NCBI GenBank assembly: GCA_903813345.2
Contig: CAIIXF020000001.1
Location: 22,692,001-22,756,000 of the forward strand
Reading direction: 5' to 3'
From: Owenia fusiformis
Lineage: Eukaryota
DNA length: 64,000 bases
Shown piece by piece: positions 53,101 through 64,000 of the stretch (positions within the stretch are counted from its first letter, which is position 1; each line of letters starts with the position of its first letter). The notes below the pieces were generated by a model. It made no database searches, was not told the origin of the DNA, and saw only the letters and a program-made list of their open reading frames with translations. The translations under genes were made by a program, and so were the position numbers.

Positions 53101-56100
53101 TGTAATGTTGTGATGTCCATGACTACATAATGATGAATATGAACAGAATAATACGGAAATAGGAACGTGAACATATATAACAAATTGTGCCAAGTACTAT
53201 TGATTGATTTAAATGTTAATTGGACAAAATAGGTACATATTCGCAATAAATGATCCAGATGATGGGATGCAAATGATTCTTGTCAAAAATGGTTGAGTTA
53301 AGACTGTGAAAATTTTGAGAACTCTATCTATCTGGAATTCCAGTAGTTTTTGAGGAATAACATTATTTCACTTTCTAAGCTTAAAGTTTTAAGACTACTA
53401 TCAAGAAAATCTCTATACATTTGATAATTCCTATGTAGAATATGTTATGTTAATATGTTATCTAGAAAGGAGAAATAAATATCTATATATAAAAAAAAAA
53501 AAAAAATTAATTGAAATTTTGGTAGTATATTAACAACATCTATCTATTTCACACATATCCCGGGTTTTTCACCCTGACCCCCAGGGACCGTAAATGGGGG
53601 ATCGGGAAAACAGGAATTTGCATTAATTTTGAGATGTTTTTGAAGTATAGCTTTATTATACTCAAATGAAATGCAATTTAGAGGAGATTGTAAATATTGT
53701 AACGTTTTTTTGATTCGGGCCTCAAAAAATTCAAAATGGCCGCCCAATGCGGGATTTCACAATTATTTTCTTATCTCCTCAAAGTATGGCTATATTATAC
53801 TCAAATTGAAGGTATTTCAGAGTAGATCACAATTATGGCATTGTTTTTCTGATTTGCGCCTCTGAAAATTCAAAATGGCTGACTAGAGCAGAAATTTGCA
53901 ATTACTTAGAGTTATCTTGAAAGTATGGTTACATGATAGTACAATGATTTAAAATATTTATTGAAGGTAAGAGTAGATGGTAAATATTACATTGTGGCTG
54001 TACAGATTGATGATTTACTTAAGTATATAGTGTTCGTTGGGATTTGCTACTCCGTGGAGTTGCCATTTTCTAGTTTTATGTGCATTATATTTCAATTATT
54101 CAAGAGAATATTGATTTTTCCATATTTTTTATTTCGATTAATTAGAAAACCATTACAAATTTGCATTTACACAAAAGATTGTCAATCAATAATGAGGTGT
54201 TTAATTCAACATATGATTAATGCATAAAAGTTAGAACAATGTTTCTGTTTTTTTAAATAATTTATTTAAAGGCAGAATCAGATCTATAGGGGATGACAAA
54301 GTTACAAGCAACATGTACAATTGACCTACCAATCTATTCCTTACAATCTCAAATACAAAATCTCCAAAAATATCTTTGATACATTATAAATTGGTGAAGT
54401 TATGATGGATTAAAAGTGCAAAAATGGGTTAAAAATGTTTAAATTCTCCCAAATAATAAGAATGGTAACCATTCTTATAGAAAAATAATACATTGTTGTA
54501 AAAATCTTTAGTTTTCCTGAAATATGAAAGTGTGTACTTTGGGGATTTTTAGAAAATAGACATGAAAAGGAATGACAGAAACCAGAAATAATCTAAAATT
54601 GAAAGAATTTTTTTTTTGTTTGTTTGGCTGCTCGCTATATCCGATTCTCTCTTTAACCTAGGGTGCACAGTTTTACACTATTATACCCCCTTTTTTGAGA
54701 CGAGGAATTTGCTTTGTGATTTGATTTTTTCTGATGATATTTTGTGTATCAGACAACTACTGTTAAAGTGAATACTTTTTTTAAATTAATGAATCTAAAC
54801 ATTGTTACATTGAGCAAGATGTTACTTTTGTCTTTCTGTATTTATGAATAAAAATTTATGTTAATATATTTAAAGCCTTAAGAAAATTTTATGTAGCAAA
54901 CTGAGGACCAATTTAGATAATCTACCTTGTGTATGACAATATGAGAAATCAGTGTAAGATTAGAAATGGTGTAAGATGAAAAATGGTGTGAGATGAGAAA
55001 TGGTGTAAGATGAAAACTGGTGTGAGATACAGTATGAGCTGAGAAATAGTGTGGAGATAAGAAATGGTATGAGACAAGAGGTGATATGTAATAAAAAAAA
55101 TGGTGCAGGGACAGTGTGGATAGTTAGTATGAGATGAAAAATGGTGTGGAAATGGTGTGGGTGAGAAAGGTATAAAAATATGGTGTAGAAATGATCAATG
55201 GTGTGTGATTAGAAATGGTGTAGAATAAGAAATGGTGTGAGTTAAGAAATGGTATAAGAAATAGTTTGAGATGAGAAATGGTGTAAAATAAGAAATGGTG
55301 TGAGTTAAGAAATGGTGTGGAATTATAAATGGTGTTAGTTGAGAAATGGTGTGGAATAAGCATGAATAGAGAGACATTCTGCTACATTCTAGTTGTTGTA
55401 TTGTTACATTTGACTGTATTGTTATATTTAACTGTATCTTCAGGTTGATTGTACTATTGAAACAGCGTTGTGCTCAGACCAGGGAGTTCAGGGATATCCC
55501 ACGTAAGATAAAAACTTCTCATTTGAATTTGCGTTGTACCCCTACCCCTTCTGTCTCCTCCCTTCCTGATTACACTAGGGAAACTTTAACATATTATTTT
55601 GAAGAAATTATTGTCCTTTTGAATAATAATAGAAGCATTGTAAAATGCAATTATTATTTTTGTATGTTTCAACTGGTGAAAATCGCCTGTTGCCTGCTGT
55701 TAATGAGATCCCTGAGATTGATATTTTCACATTTGATGCAGAGGACTGTCAGTTAAAATATTGATTCAGGATTCAATATTGTTTTTACCTCATTAGTTTT
55801 TGTGGTGGATTGAAATATATCTATATTTGATTTGATCTCCTTGATTTTAATACATGTGTAAATCAATCTAATTCAAAAATAAACAATGTAAACATGATGA
55901 AACTGCAAAAAGGTCAAAGTAATGTACAGGGTGGTCAAAAAAATGAGAACTCTTCATTTTCCTCATATCTTTGTCATTTTAGGGAATTACTCTCGGATAT
56001 TTCACACATTTGCACATCATTCACGTTCCTACCACACTATTATATTTCATGACCATCAGACTGATAGTCACAATTTTACAGTGCTTTGAACAACATGCTT

Positions 56101-59100
56101 CAAGTTTGGGCATTATCCCGCTGTAGTCAAACCTGCAAAGTTGTCAATGACCCGAATGCATTCCTCGGCAGGTATGGCCTAAATGACACAAATGATCTCA
56201 TTTTTTAGGTCTGCAATTGTCCTTAGGTCATTCTCGATCTCATACACTACTCTTTGCCTATCCCCACTGGTAGGGACCTTTTGGACTACATGTGCAGGTT
56301 TGCCGAAAGCACAATAGTGGCCACTGGGGCATGTTATTTAAAATGTTGTTACATTGTGACTCTCAATCTGATGGTCATGAAATAAAGTAGGCTGGTAGAA
56401 AATTGAATGATTTACAAATGTGTAAAATATCAAGGAGTTATATCTTTAAAAATGACAAATAACATGAGAAAAATGGCGTAAGGGTTTCCATTTTTTACCA
56501 CCCTGTATTATTGTGATTTACATCTTTGATGTACCAATTACATTGTGGGTACCACATATGCAAAAGCTGTAGGACCAGGCTCCTTTAGAATTCACACATA
56601 TCTCCTATACAAATTAAAATGTTTTCAAAATGTGGATGATATAAATGTCGATTATGTACTATAAAGAATAAGGTCTCATATAAAAAGTTTGTTTTTCAGA
56701 CTGAAGTTCTTCAACAAAGCAACTGAAGGAGTGAAGTACAAGGGACAAAGACAGATTCCTGAGTTTGAAAAGTTTATGAAAGAGTCATTAAAAGCCTCTG
56801 CTGAGAAAAAGGTATAACCACTTGAATGATTTATCTCGTTATACCACTTGTAGTATTTAGGATTATCCAAATTTCTATTCTTGGAACAAAAATATTTTGA
56901 GGTAGAGCAATGCCATTTTATATCTAAAATTTCAAAGCTCAAACTCGGTGTCCATTTTTGTATAAAACACTTAATTTCAAAGCACTACACAATTTTTCTG
57001 GTGTTATTTTGAATATAACTTTATATGGTTGCACATGTAGTACTATTTTGATCCTTTCTCCTTCAGGAGGCTGAGGTCCCCGTTGCTACAGATGAGGCAC
57101 CTCCAGCAGTACCTGAAGCTAAACATGGTCTCTATGAGCTCACAACTGACACATTCAAGTCCCATATAGAAACTGGCTATCACTTTGTCAAGTTCTATGC
57201 CCCCTGGTGTGGACACTGCAAGACCCTTGCTCCTGTGTGGGACCAGCTTGCTGAGACATTCGAACATGTAGAAGATGTCACAATAGCAAAGGTTTGTGGA
57301 TAGAGATATTTATACAATATCAATGTTTTGAGAGTTGAAATCATTGAATACTATTGATAAACTGTATCTCAAACAAAATTAACTATCACATAATACTGTA
57401 AAACACGTATTATTCCCGTGCATTTAATTTTCGCGATATTCGCGAGGGGCATTCCACTCGCGAAAATAATATGTAAGTGAAAATTAAATGAATTACAGTT
57501 GAAAGAAGTTAACCTAAGATTGCCGGTTTACCGGAAGTGATCGTATAGATGAAGTTGGAGGTCAATTGTATCAAGGTGTAATGAAATTATACTCATAGTA
57601 GTTCTTAAGTGAAGCAAAGCAGAGTATAGCGAGTCATTTCATGTAGTAGATGTAATTAGATAGGCTGGAATCGGCATTACAACTGTATACATACATGTAT
57701 GTCTACTCACGAAACTTCAGTCAGTCTGACTCTTTGGTTTATTATATCAGAGTCCAGACGATGGGCATTCGTTCAATCTCCCGATAAGTAATTATAATTT
57801 GGTGGTCTCCAAACCATACTTAAGTTACGTTTATCAAAAATAGTCCATAATGAATGAAATAATGTTCTAGTTAAGAATTGTTTTGGCATTTACCAAAGAG
57901 GGTTTCTGCGCAGGTTTTCTGCGCATGTCAAGGGAGGTCAAGGTCGTGAACTTTCTTGTTTATTTTTTAAAGTTTTCCTTATTCTCACGACTCTTACACT
58001 ATGTTTACGCGAAAATGATGATCTATCATTAGATTAAAAACATAATTTTAAATCGATATCCAATAGTCTTTAGTGGAAATAATGAATATCAAATCGGGGG
58101 CTCTCTCTGGGAAAAAAATCCTTCAATTCGGCGGGGGATCTTCTGGGAATTTTTGCATATCGCGAATATAATATGTAGCAATTTGACCCGGGGGTGGCAC
58201 TCTCGCGAATAATGCATGTAGTAGATATTAAGTGTTTTACAGTATTCTATTTTATTGATGTTTTCCATCATAACCTCAATGCATTATATTGTAGAAATCA
58301 ACCTTACCCAGAAATATCTTTCATGTATTTAAAACAATTAATCTGATGCAGGGGTACAAACAAGATCTCGGGGTACTGGGTTTGTTTAGCAGTATTATGA
58401 CTAAGACGAAGGCAATGTATATAACTGAGCTCAGCGGTATGATTACCACAACACAGAGCCTAAAATGCTCACTGTGACATCTGTACTGTGACATCTGTAC
58501 CCTTGTAATACAAATGTTCAGTCAATTTGTTTATCAATGTTTGTACATACACACACCATACACTTGTTTTCAGGTTGACTGTACCCAGCATGGCAGTGTA
58601 TGTCAAGGTCAAGGGGTAAGAGGCTACCCAACTCTCATCTTCTTCCAAAATGGGCAAATGGTAAGTCATTTCCTCTTAAACTACTTTTTATGTCACCACA
58701 AAAAGTGGTGACATATTGTTATGGTCTCCTTTTTTGTGGCGGCGATTGGTGTTCTGGGTTCACATTCAGTGTTTGTAACAAATGGCAGGTAGTGACATTT
58801 TGCATGCTAATACTGTTTCTATTATCTAGGCTAATGCAAATGTTCAGTCACCTGATTTCATATGTCATAACTTATTTTGCATTATATATCTGTCATATTA
58901 ATGAGATGTATATTATTCAAATGAGAGGCATAAGTAATAGCCATATTAACAATGCAAACAAGAATGGTATACTCCACTTGTCATTAAATAAATATCATGC
59001 ATGTAAAGGGCAAATCAATTAAACCTCCTTTAAGAATTAAAACTGACGATAAAACTATACTAGTATGTGTAAAACATTGCCATGCTTCATTGAAAGATGG

Positions 59101-59683
59101 CATAGTTGTCACTCCTTGTAATGCATTTATCAAAATATTTCTACATGTATGTAGGTTTTCAGCTTCTTACCTCATCTGTTCCTCACCTCAACTGTTTGTC
59201 ATATCTCATCTGTTTTTCACCTCAATTGTTTCTCACATTATCTGTTTCTCAGCATCTGATTCTCACCTCATCTGATTCTCACATTATCTTTACTTCATCT
59301 CATTTCATCTAATTCTCACCTCATCTGATCCTCACCTCATCTTAACTGATTTACACCTCATCACTTCACCTGAATTTTACCTCTTGTGGTTGTGTTTCTC
59401 AGCATCTGATTCTCACCTCATCTGATCCTGACCTCATCTAATTCTCACATTGTCTTTACTTCATCTCATTTCATCTGATTCTCACCTCATCTTAACTGAT
59501 TTACACCTCATCACTTCACCTGAATTCTACCTCTTGTGGTTACAGAAGGAGAAGTTTGGAGGTCCAAGAAACCATGAAGAGTTGAAGAGGTTTGTCTCCA
59601 AGATGAAGGAAGCTGGAGAACAACAGGAACAGGCCACAGAGGGAAAAATACCTGAACCAGTAGAAAGGAATGATGAACCTCAG
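47126..59683 (+). CDS. TXNDC5: Thioredoxin domain-containing protein 5 (ERp46, PDI family), first 7 exons; the third Trx domain is expected beyond the window
   Basis: Exons 47126-47271, 51499-51583, 55444-55502, 56700-56811, 57067-57291, 58574-58660, 59546-59683; phase-consistent. Signal peptide [16 protein letters not shown]; two adjacent Trx domains with [15 protein letters not shown] and GYPTL and no intervening b domains; no stop after exon 7. Confidence 0.9.
47462..49059. mobile_element. Young non-autonomous DNA transposon with ~237-bp near-perfect TIRs and a TA TSD
   Basis: 47462-47698 is almost the exact reverse complement of 48823-49059; ta flanks; no long internal ORF. Confidence 0.9.
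49963..50508 (+). mobile_element. TRIM (miniature LTR retrotransposon) with tRNA-derived sequence in both LTRs (Helenus-like)
   Basis: LTRs 49963-50166 and 50287-50508; PBS tggtgtcagaagtgggat at 50168-50185; PPT aaaggggagatag at 50274-50286; TSD ctag at 49959-49962 and 50509-50512. Confidence 0.9.
50340..50412 (+). pseudogene. tRNA-like sequence (tRNA-Lys-like body, TTG at the anticodon position) inside the 3' LTR; truncated twin at ~50016-50077
   Basis: Intact A box tagctcagtcgg, D arm gctc/gagc and B box ggttcgattcc; anticodon stem (tcagt/ttcaa) unpaired; T and acceptor stems mismatched. Confidence 0.8.
52263..53505 (+). mobile_element. Retroposed polyadenylated unit (retrocopy or non-autonomous coding retroposon)
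   Basis: 14-bp TSD attaattgaaattt at 52249-52262 and 53506-53519; AATAAA at 53474-53479; poly(A) at 53491-53506; one intronless ORF. Confidence 0.88.
52368..53105 (+). CDS. Hypothetical 245-aa protein carried by the retroposed unit
   Basis: ATG-initiated 738-nt ORF in AT-rich DNA, oriented with the poly(A) tail; no RT, endonuclease or transposase motifs recognised. Confidence 0.6.
   Translation: MIPKIVEHLISELQEEGCILGGYKINATNNGTSITLQYVVHHLGDPSSGTRSKSPSRLMRDTNRISAFNASKKIVSSVPNHEQIGLHEQSTPVKPGQNTYSDDVFINTDNSQIVNNNTDTENSPNTEDSGFTSLLQTPQDRINKVNTSTQTDNKVKRHQSCATELKMKHVATKTDNMDRKHRGCNVNIKKQMDNKSTECKIDKDTKETNTDSDTTCDVAALTNFSMATCEGKYMRFIDKIGEDYM
54940..55372. repeat. Degenerate simple-repeat tract (gagaaatggtgt-like)
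   Basis: Many imperfect aaatggtgt units. Confidence 0.8.
55927..56505. mobile_element. Tc1/mariner-like MITE
   Basis: ta|cagggtggt...accaccctg|ta with degenerate long inverted arms. Confidence 0.75.
57396..58242. mobile_element. TA-flanked non-autonomous DNA transposon
   Basis: ta|ctgtaaaacac...gtgttttacag|ta; subterminal tcgcga motifs at both ends. Confidence 0.75.
59160..59541. repeat. Degenerate pyrimidine-rich repeat with a ~150-bp local duplication, directly upstream of TXNDC5 exon 7
   Basis: ctcacctcatctgatt units; the block ending cacttcacctgaatt(t/c)tacctcttgtggtt occurs twice (~59391 and ~59541). Confidence 0.75.
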
Positions 59684-60689
59684 GTATGGAAGATATAAGG
59701 TTTTTAGAAGACCTCTTTACTAGTATTGAAAACAAACATCATAATTCTAAAAAATTTGAAATATAAATACAATGATAGTCCTGCGGAATCGATGGAACTG
59801 GTTGCCTTCTAGGATGTATGCTATGTCTTTGTATTTTCTTCATCTATATGTTATTGACTTTCAAAATCAGAACTGTGTCGGTTTGGCACTGGTGGGCAAA
59901 ATTTTTTACAGCCTTGTATAGGTGGCGCCCCCTATGAAATACCCTTCTAATTAAGGATTTTTTTTTCAATGATCTTGAGCAGAGTCTTTAACTCAAGCTA
60001 CCTAGTATAACATGTTATATATCCTTAATAGCATGTCTATTTTTTTTCCTTACCTAAAATCTCATATTTACAGAGTACTGGTCATTTATCCCCCCTGATA
60101 TCACATATATTCCAAGGGGTCACTATGTTTTGAAGGCATAAAATTTGAACAAAGCGTAATCCCGATCTCACATTATTCATAGATATGACTTGATACATGT
60201 TTGGGATGGTGTTAAAATAAAAAGCTTCTGTCTTAAATATTTTAAGAGTAAAAAATTATTTGTTATTACAGTAAATCCTAATATTAAACGATGCAATTCG
60301 TACAAAGGTTACATTCAAAAGTCTATTTTGACTAAATTATCCTTAACACCATCATGAATTTAAAAACATTTTATTATATGAAGTAACTATTTTAATTTTA
60401 ACACATGAAAACAGAAATCAAGGATTGAGCACTAATTGTTTAGTATATAACCCATGGTCATGCCACCATGTTTGAAGGGGGGGGGGTTATGTTACCGGAC
60501 ATTCTGCTATTGAGTTGATGTTAACATGGAATACTTATTAACTTCATACAGGCAAGGCTAGATAGTTACTGGATGATGAAAGGGTTTGAAATACTGTTCA
60601 TAAAAATTTGTATCTATCATTAATAAATTAATTTACCATCCTTTGTCAAAGATATTGTAGCTCATTGAGTGTCAGCTTTTATTCCGTTA

Positions 60690-62500
60690 ACAAGGGTATC
60701 ATTTTTGGTCTCTTTATCCATACTTCTTGGACAGCTTGCAGAACAATTCCTTCATCAAGATCATCATCATTTGTTTCATTGGTGACTGTGACTATTAGTC
60801 TATGTTTATGCAACACTCTTCACCTTTGCAAAGGCAAAATGTACTGCAGGACGAAGTAGTCTTACAGCACAGACAACAATCTATACAACAAATGATATCA
60901 TTGCTTGTAGATGAGCATGTTTCCTCAAAGGCCTTGGCCTTGTTTGAAGGTGGCAATGATTGTAGTTCTGGCAGCATTTCTCTTGGTCCACACAGCAAAT
61001 CTAACATCAGATGACTGGATTAATACCATAACATGCCAGTGATCTCCCCAGGATTTTTTCATAGCAGGGGGGATTTTTTAACAAGTTTCGCCGCTCGCTT
61101 CGCTCGCATGATTTTTGTGCCAATTTTTGCCGCTCGCTTCGCTCGCTATATAAACACCAATTCTCATTTAGAAAACCTTTTATTTAACAATACATGATAA
61201 TATGCTTGTAGTGTCATGAGTAGGCCTAGATCTATTCATTGTTCATTGTGTTTCCTTAAAGTCTTCTGTCCCTACATCTTCTGGGGTGCATGTCAAACCA
61301 CCTTCCCCATGCTGCCTCAAAATCGAACACCTCTTCCCTTGGTCCATTTATGATAATGTTGAGGACCCTGTCCACTGTTTCTACTTTCATTATATTCTTT
61401 AGATAAGTCTTTTTAATTTTACCTTTTTTTTGAGTTTCCCGCATAAAGAACCGGAAGTCGAACTTCTTTATCATGACAACCATCAAAAGCAAGATTTGAA
61501 CATTAATTCGTTCGCAATTATAATATAACTATTAATAAAAAATAATACTTCATTGTCAAATTGTAGTTTCAGTCGTTTTTATGTTTGTTTTATTCCAAAT
61601 TGGCGATTTTGATGATCGGTGATCATATCACTCCGCGTTGCAGTATAGGGGTAATCTGCGCCAGGTTCAACTGTTAACTTTTTCTAATTTTCTGAACGCA
61701 CGCATCAAATGAACGATTTTGATAGGTTAGAATGTTTTGGGCGCATGCGCATACGTAGTCAAATCAAGTGATCGAACCGAACCTGGGGCAGATTATGTCG
61801 ATGACACACGATTAGTAATAGATAATTTGATTGGATATTTCGTAACTAATCATGAGTTTTGAGCCAATCAGAAGACATTTAAGATTCGGCCTTCGGAATG
61901 GCAAATCGGGAAAAACTTTTTGAATTTTATGTGATTTCGTCGAATATCCAGGAGAATAAAATAATGTACGTAAGTTTTGAAGTAGCGGGGCGCTCAGCAG
62001 GGCGGGCGAAGCAAGCAGGGGGGGAACAGGGCGGGGAAAACGAGTGAGCAGGGGGGAGCGCCATGCAATTAGATTCTGGGGAGAACCCAGCATGCTGCTG
62101 TGAATTTAGTAGCCTGTGTCTTTACAGATATTGGTATATGGTCTTCTCCAATCCAACTTAAAGGAGCATTTCAAGTCTGGTGTTAACTGCTTTAGTCTTG
62201 CCTATGGGATAAAGACTAGATGTTTTGTCACAGTCTTTCAGGCTGCGGGCAGCAAGAAGTTGTGAGGTGACATTTTTGTTGGAAGTTGACACAGACTCCA
62301 TCATAACATAAGCAATTCTATGGTGTTTTTCATAGTAGTGAAGCAATAGGATTAAGACACTAGTGTCGTCATATACTTCATTGATATTTTTTCTTCCAGT
62401 TTTTGTGTTCATAACATATTTGTTTGTTGGTGTTTTCAGGTTACCAGATTCATCAAACATAGAGGTGTGGATGGGTGCCATTGGCCTAGCTCAAATGACT
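60690..62500 (-). pseudogene. Decayed transposon-type gene with FEN1/XPG-like (PIN/H3TH) and Cys-rich CXC-like motifs, split by a hAT insertion
   Basis: Minus-strand fragments DDTSVLILLLHY, LLAARSLKDCDKTSSLYPIGKTKA (cf. D.DV and H3TH GCD....GIG) at 62158-62481, and LPP...CCLCCKTTSSCSTFCLCKGEECCIN at 60795-61007. Boundaries approximate. Confidence 0.55.
61037..62090 (-). mobile_element. Internally deleted hAT transposon with a 5-bp TSD (hAT5-like)
   Basis: Imperfect TIR cagtgatctccccag / ctggggagaacccag; catgc at 61032-61036 and 62091-62095; remnant IKKTYLKNIMKVETVDRVLNIIINGPREEVFDFEAAWGRW resembles the C-terminal dimerisation region of hAT/ZNF862-type transposases. Confidence 0.75.
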
Positions 62501-64000
62501 TGATAGTTTTCATATCAACATTGGCTTTGGAAGGGGGAGGGCGCTGGGAATGACCGCCTCCTCCCTTTCCCAGATTTATTTTAGGCTAGAATTTGAAAGC
62601 TCTTGAGAGCTAATTAAAGTCAAATGATACTATGCCATTATTTAGTGTATATCAAGCATAGAAGATCTCATTTATCATTACTATATTTACATATGTTATT
62701 CTGTACCATTGTTTCTTAAGAACCTATACAGTATGTAAATACTTTGGAGAATAAGAGCAAAATGTATATTTTAGTAAAATTCAAAGAATTTTAGTCAAAG
62801 TCAAGCTAGTTTTCTTTAAACACAATTTTCTCTTGTGTTTATTATTGGGAATATTGTGCTGAGATGTTCATAATGCATCAGAGAGGATCTAAATCTGAAC
62901 ATTTTCTGAGGGCATGCCCCCCCCAATCCACGCTTCACGCACGATCCATCCATGTCCAAAAGTCAACCCCCTCCCTTGCGAAATCCTTCTGACACCCCTG
63001 TATCAAGTTGCCAGTTTATTACCAGGCTCAAACTCTAGAGTACGAGGCCCGATCAGAAAGCAAGTAACCAACTGCTCTTTTTTCTTCATACTTTATTCAA
63101 TTTCATTGAAATTTTCACAGATAATGTAGAAAATATTAACCTATTAAACAAGACCAAGGACAATGGGTTAGCATCAGTTCCGTTGTTATTGCTGTTGCTA
63201 TGGTGACAATTGTTTTGGGTAGGTGGGGCACCCTGTTTTAAGTCGCGTTTGAAGGCAATTTATTGAGTTTTTCTACATGATGTCATACCTCCAAATATAT
63301 CAAATTTACATGTAAGACTACATTTTAACTCATAGTCCTTCAAATTAATCCGACCAAAGTCAATGCAGTTGAGGCAATGTTTCACTGTTTCACTCTGTCC
63401 TTAAACATGTCATCATTCAAAGACTGCAAACTTATTGACTTGTTGAGATTATTGAGTTCTTCTGAGAAATTGAGGATTTCAGCAAGGGTGCATCGACTTA
63501 ACATGGGGACATACCTGATGCTATCCCCACTATAAGTCAATGGTCAATGGCGTTTTCCCCATGTTCAGTCAATGCACCCTTGCTAAAATCCTTATTTTCT
63601 CAGAAGAACAGTTGATTGAGTCTAAACAAGTAGATTCATGTGGGATAGTATTGCTATAATCCATTTTCAAAGGTAAGAATAGGGGTTCTTAAACAGGACA
63701 TTTGACTTGCTTTGCAGAACATTTTGTTGGTACTAATAAGTGGTCTCTATCATCATATCTAACCAGATTCCATTCCAAATAGGATGACGGGTGATATGCT
63801 GTCCTTGGAGAAACAACATTCATCAACAACATTCTGTGGAAGTCTCTCCATGTCTCGGAGACTATCAGTTATCACACGTTTCAGCATGTGATACAGGAAA
63901 TATTCCACGAAAGGTAATACTGTATCATCCACGAAAGCGAAGCTTGAGTGGTGATACATTGTTACCCGAGTGGAATATTTCCTGTATCACATAAGCTGAA

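Larger units (their letters stand above)
51976..54075 (+). mobile_element. Divergent HINE/Helentron-like element, copy 3 (opposite orientation), interrupted by a retroposed insert
   Basis: Subterminal IR atcccaacgaac / gttcgttgggat; gtcc/(ctgtcagt)n microsatellite at ~52018-52090; 3' end gctactccgtggagttgc...ctagtt related to the ends of copies 1 and 2. Confidence 0.75.

Noticed and set aside
47250-57230. Selenocysteine in the TXNDC5 active sites
   Set aside because: Both visible active sites read CGHC with TGT/TGC codons and no in-frame TGA.

Overview
AT-rich, intron-containing animal genomic DNA, probably an invertebrate; the repeat families and gene content suggest a mollusc or other lophotrochozoan (inference). 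I assembled seven protein-coding genes by hand from GT-AG junctions with consistent phases: (1) the 5' part of an acidic/coiled-coil gene on the minus strand (weakly CC2D2A-like, runs off the left edge); (2) MRPL55; (3) an intronless NPRL2 starting only 77 nt after the MRPL55 stop, a candidate bicistronic transcript; (4) a complete SPATA6-family gene on the minus strand (13000-46779) with a candidate mutually exclusive exon pair and seven tandem in-frame splice acceptors; (5, 6) two paralogous 17-finger C2H2 genes nested antisense in the 21-kb SPATA6 intron; (7) TXNDC5/ERp46, head-to-head with SPATA6 and running off the right edge. Introns are packed with non-autonomous DNA elements (hAT-, Tc1/mariner-, Kolobok-, Harbinger-, MULE-like and Helentron/HINE). 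The most unusual mobile elements are a 546-bp TRIM whose LTRs carry a tRNA-derived Pol III promoter (49963-50508) and a 1.24-kb polyadenylated, TSD-flanked retroposed unit encoding a 245-aa protein with no RT (52263-53505). Family assignments come from recognised motifs only; no searches were run.
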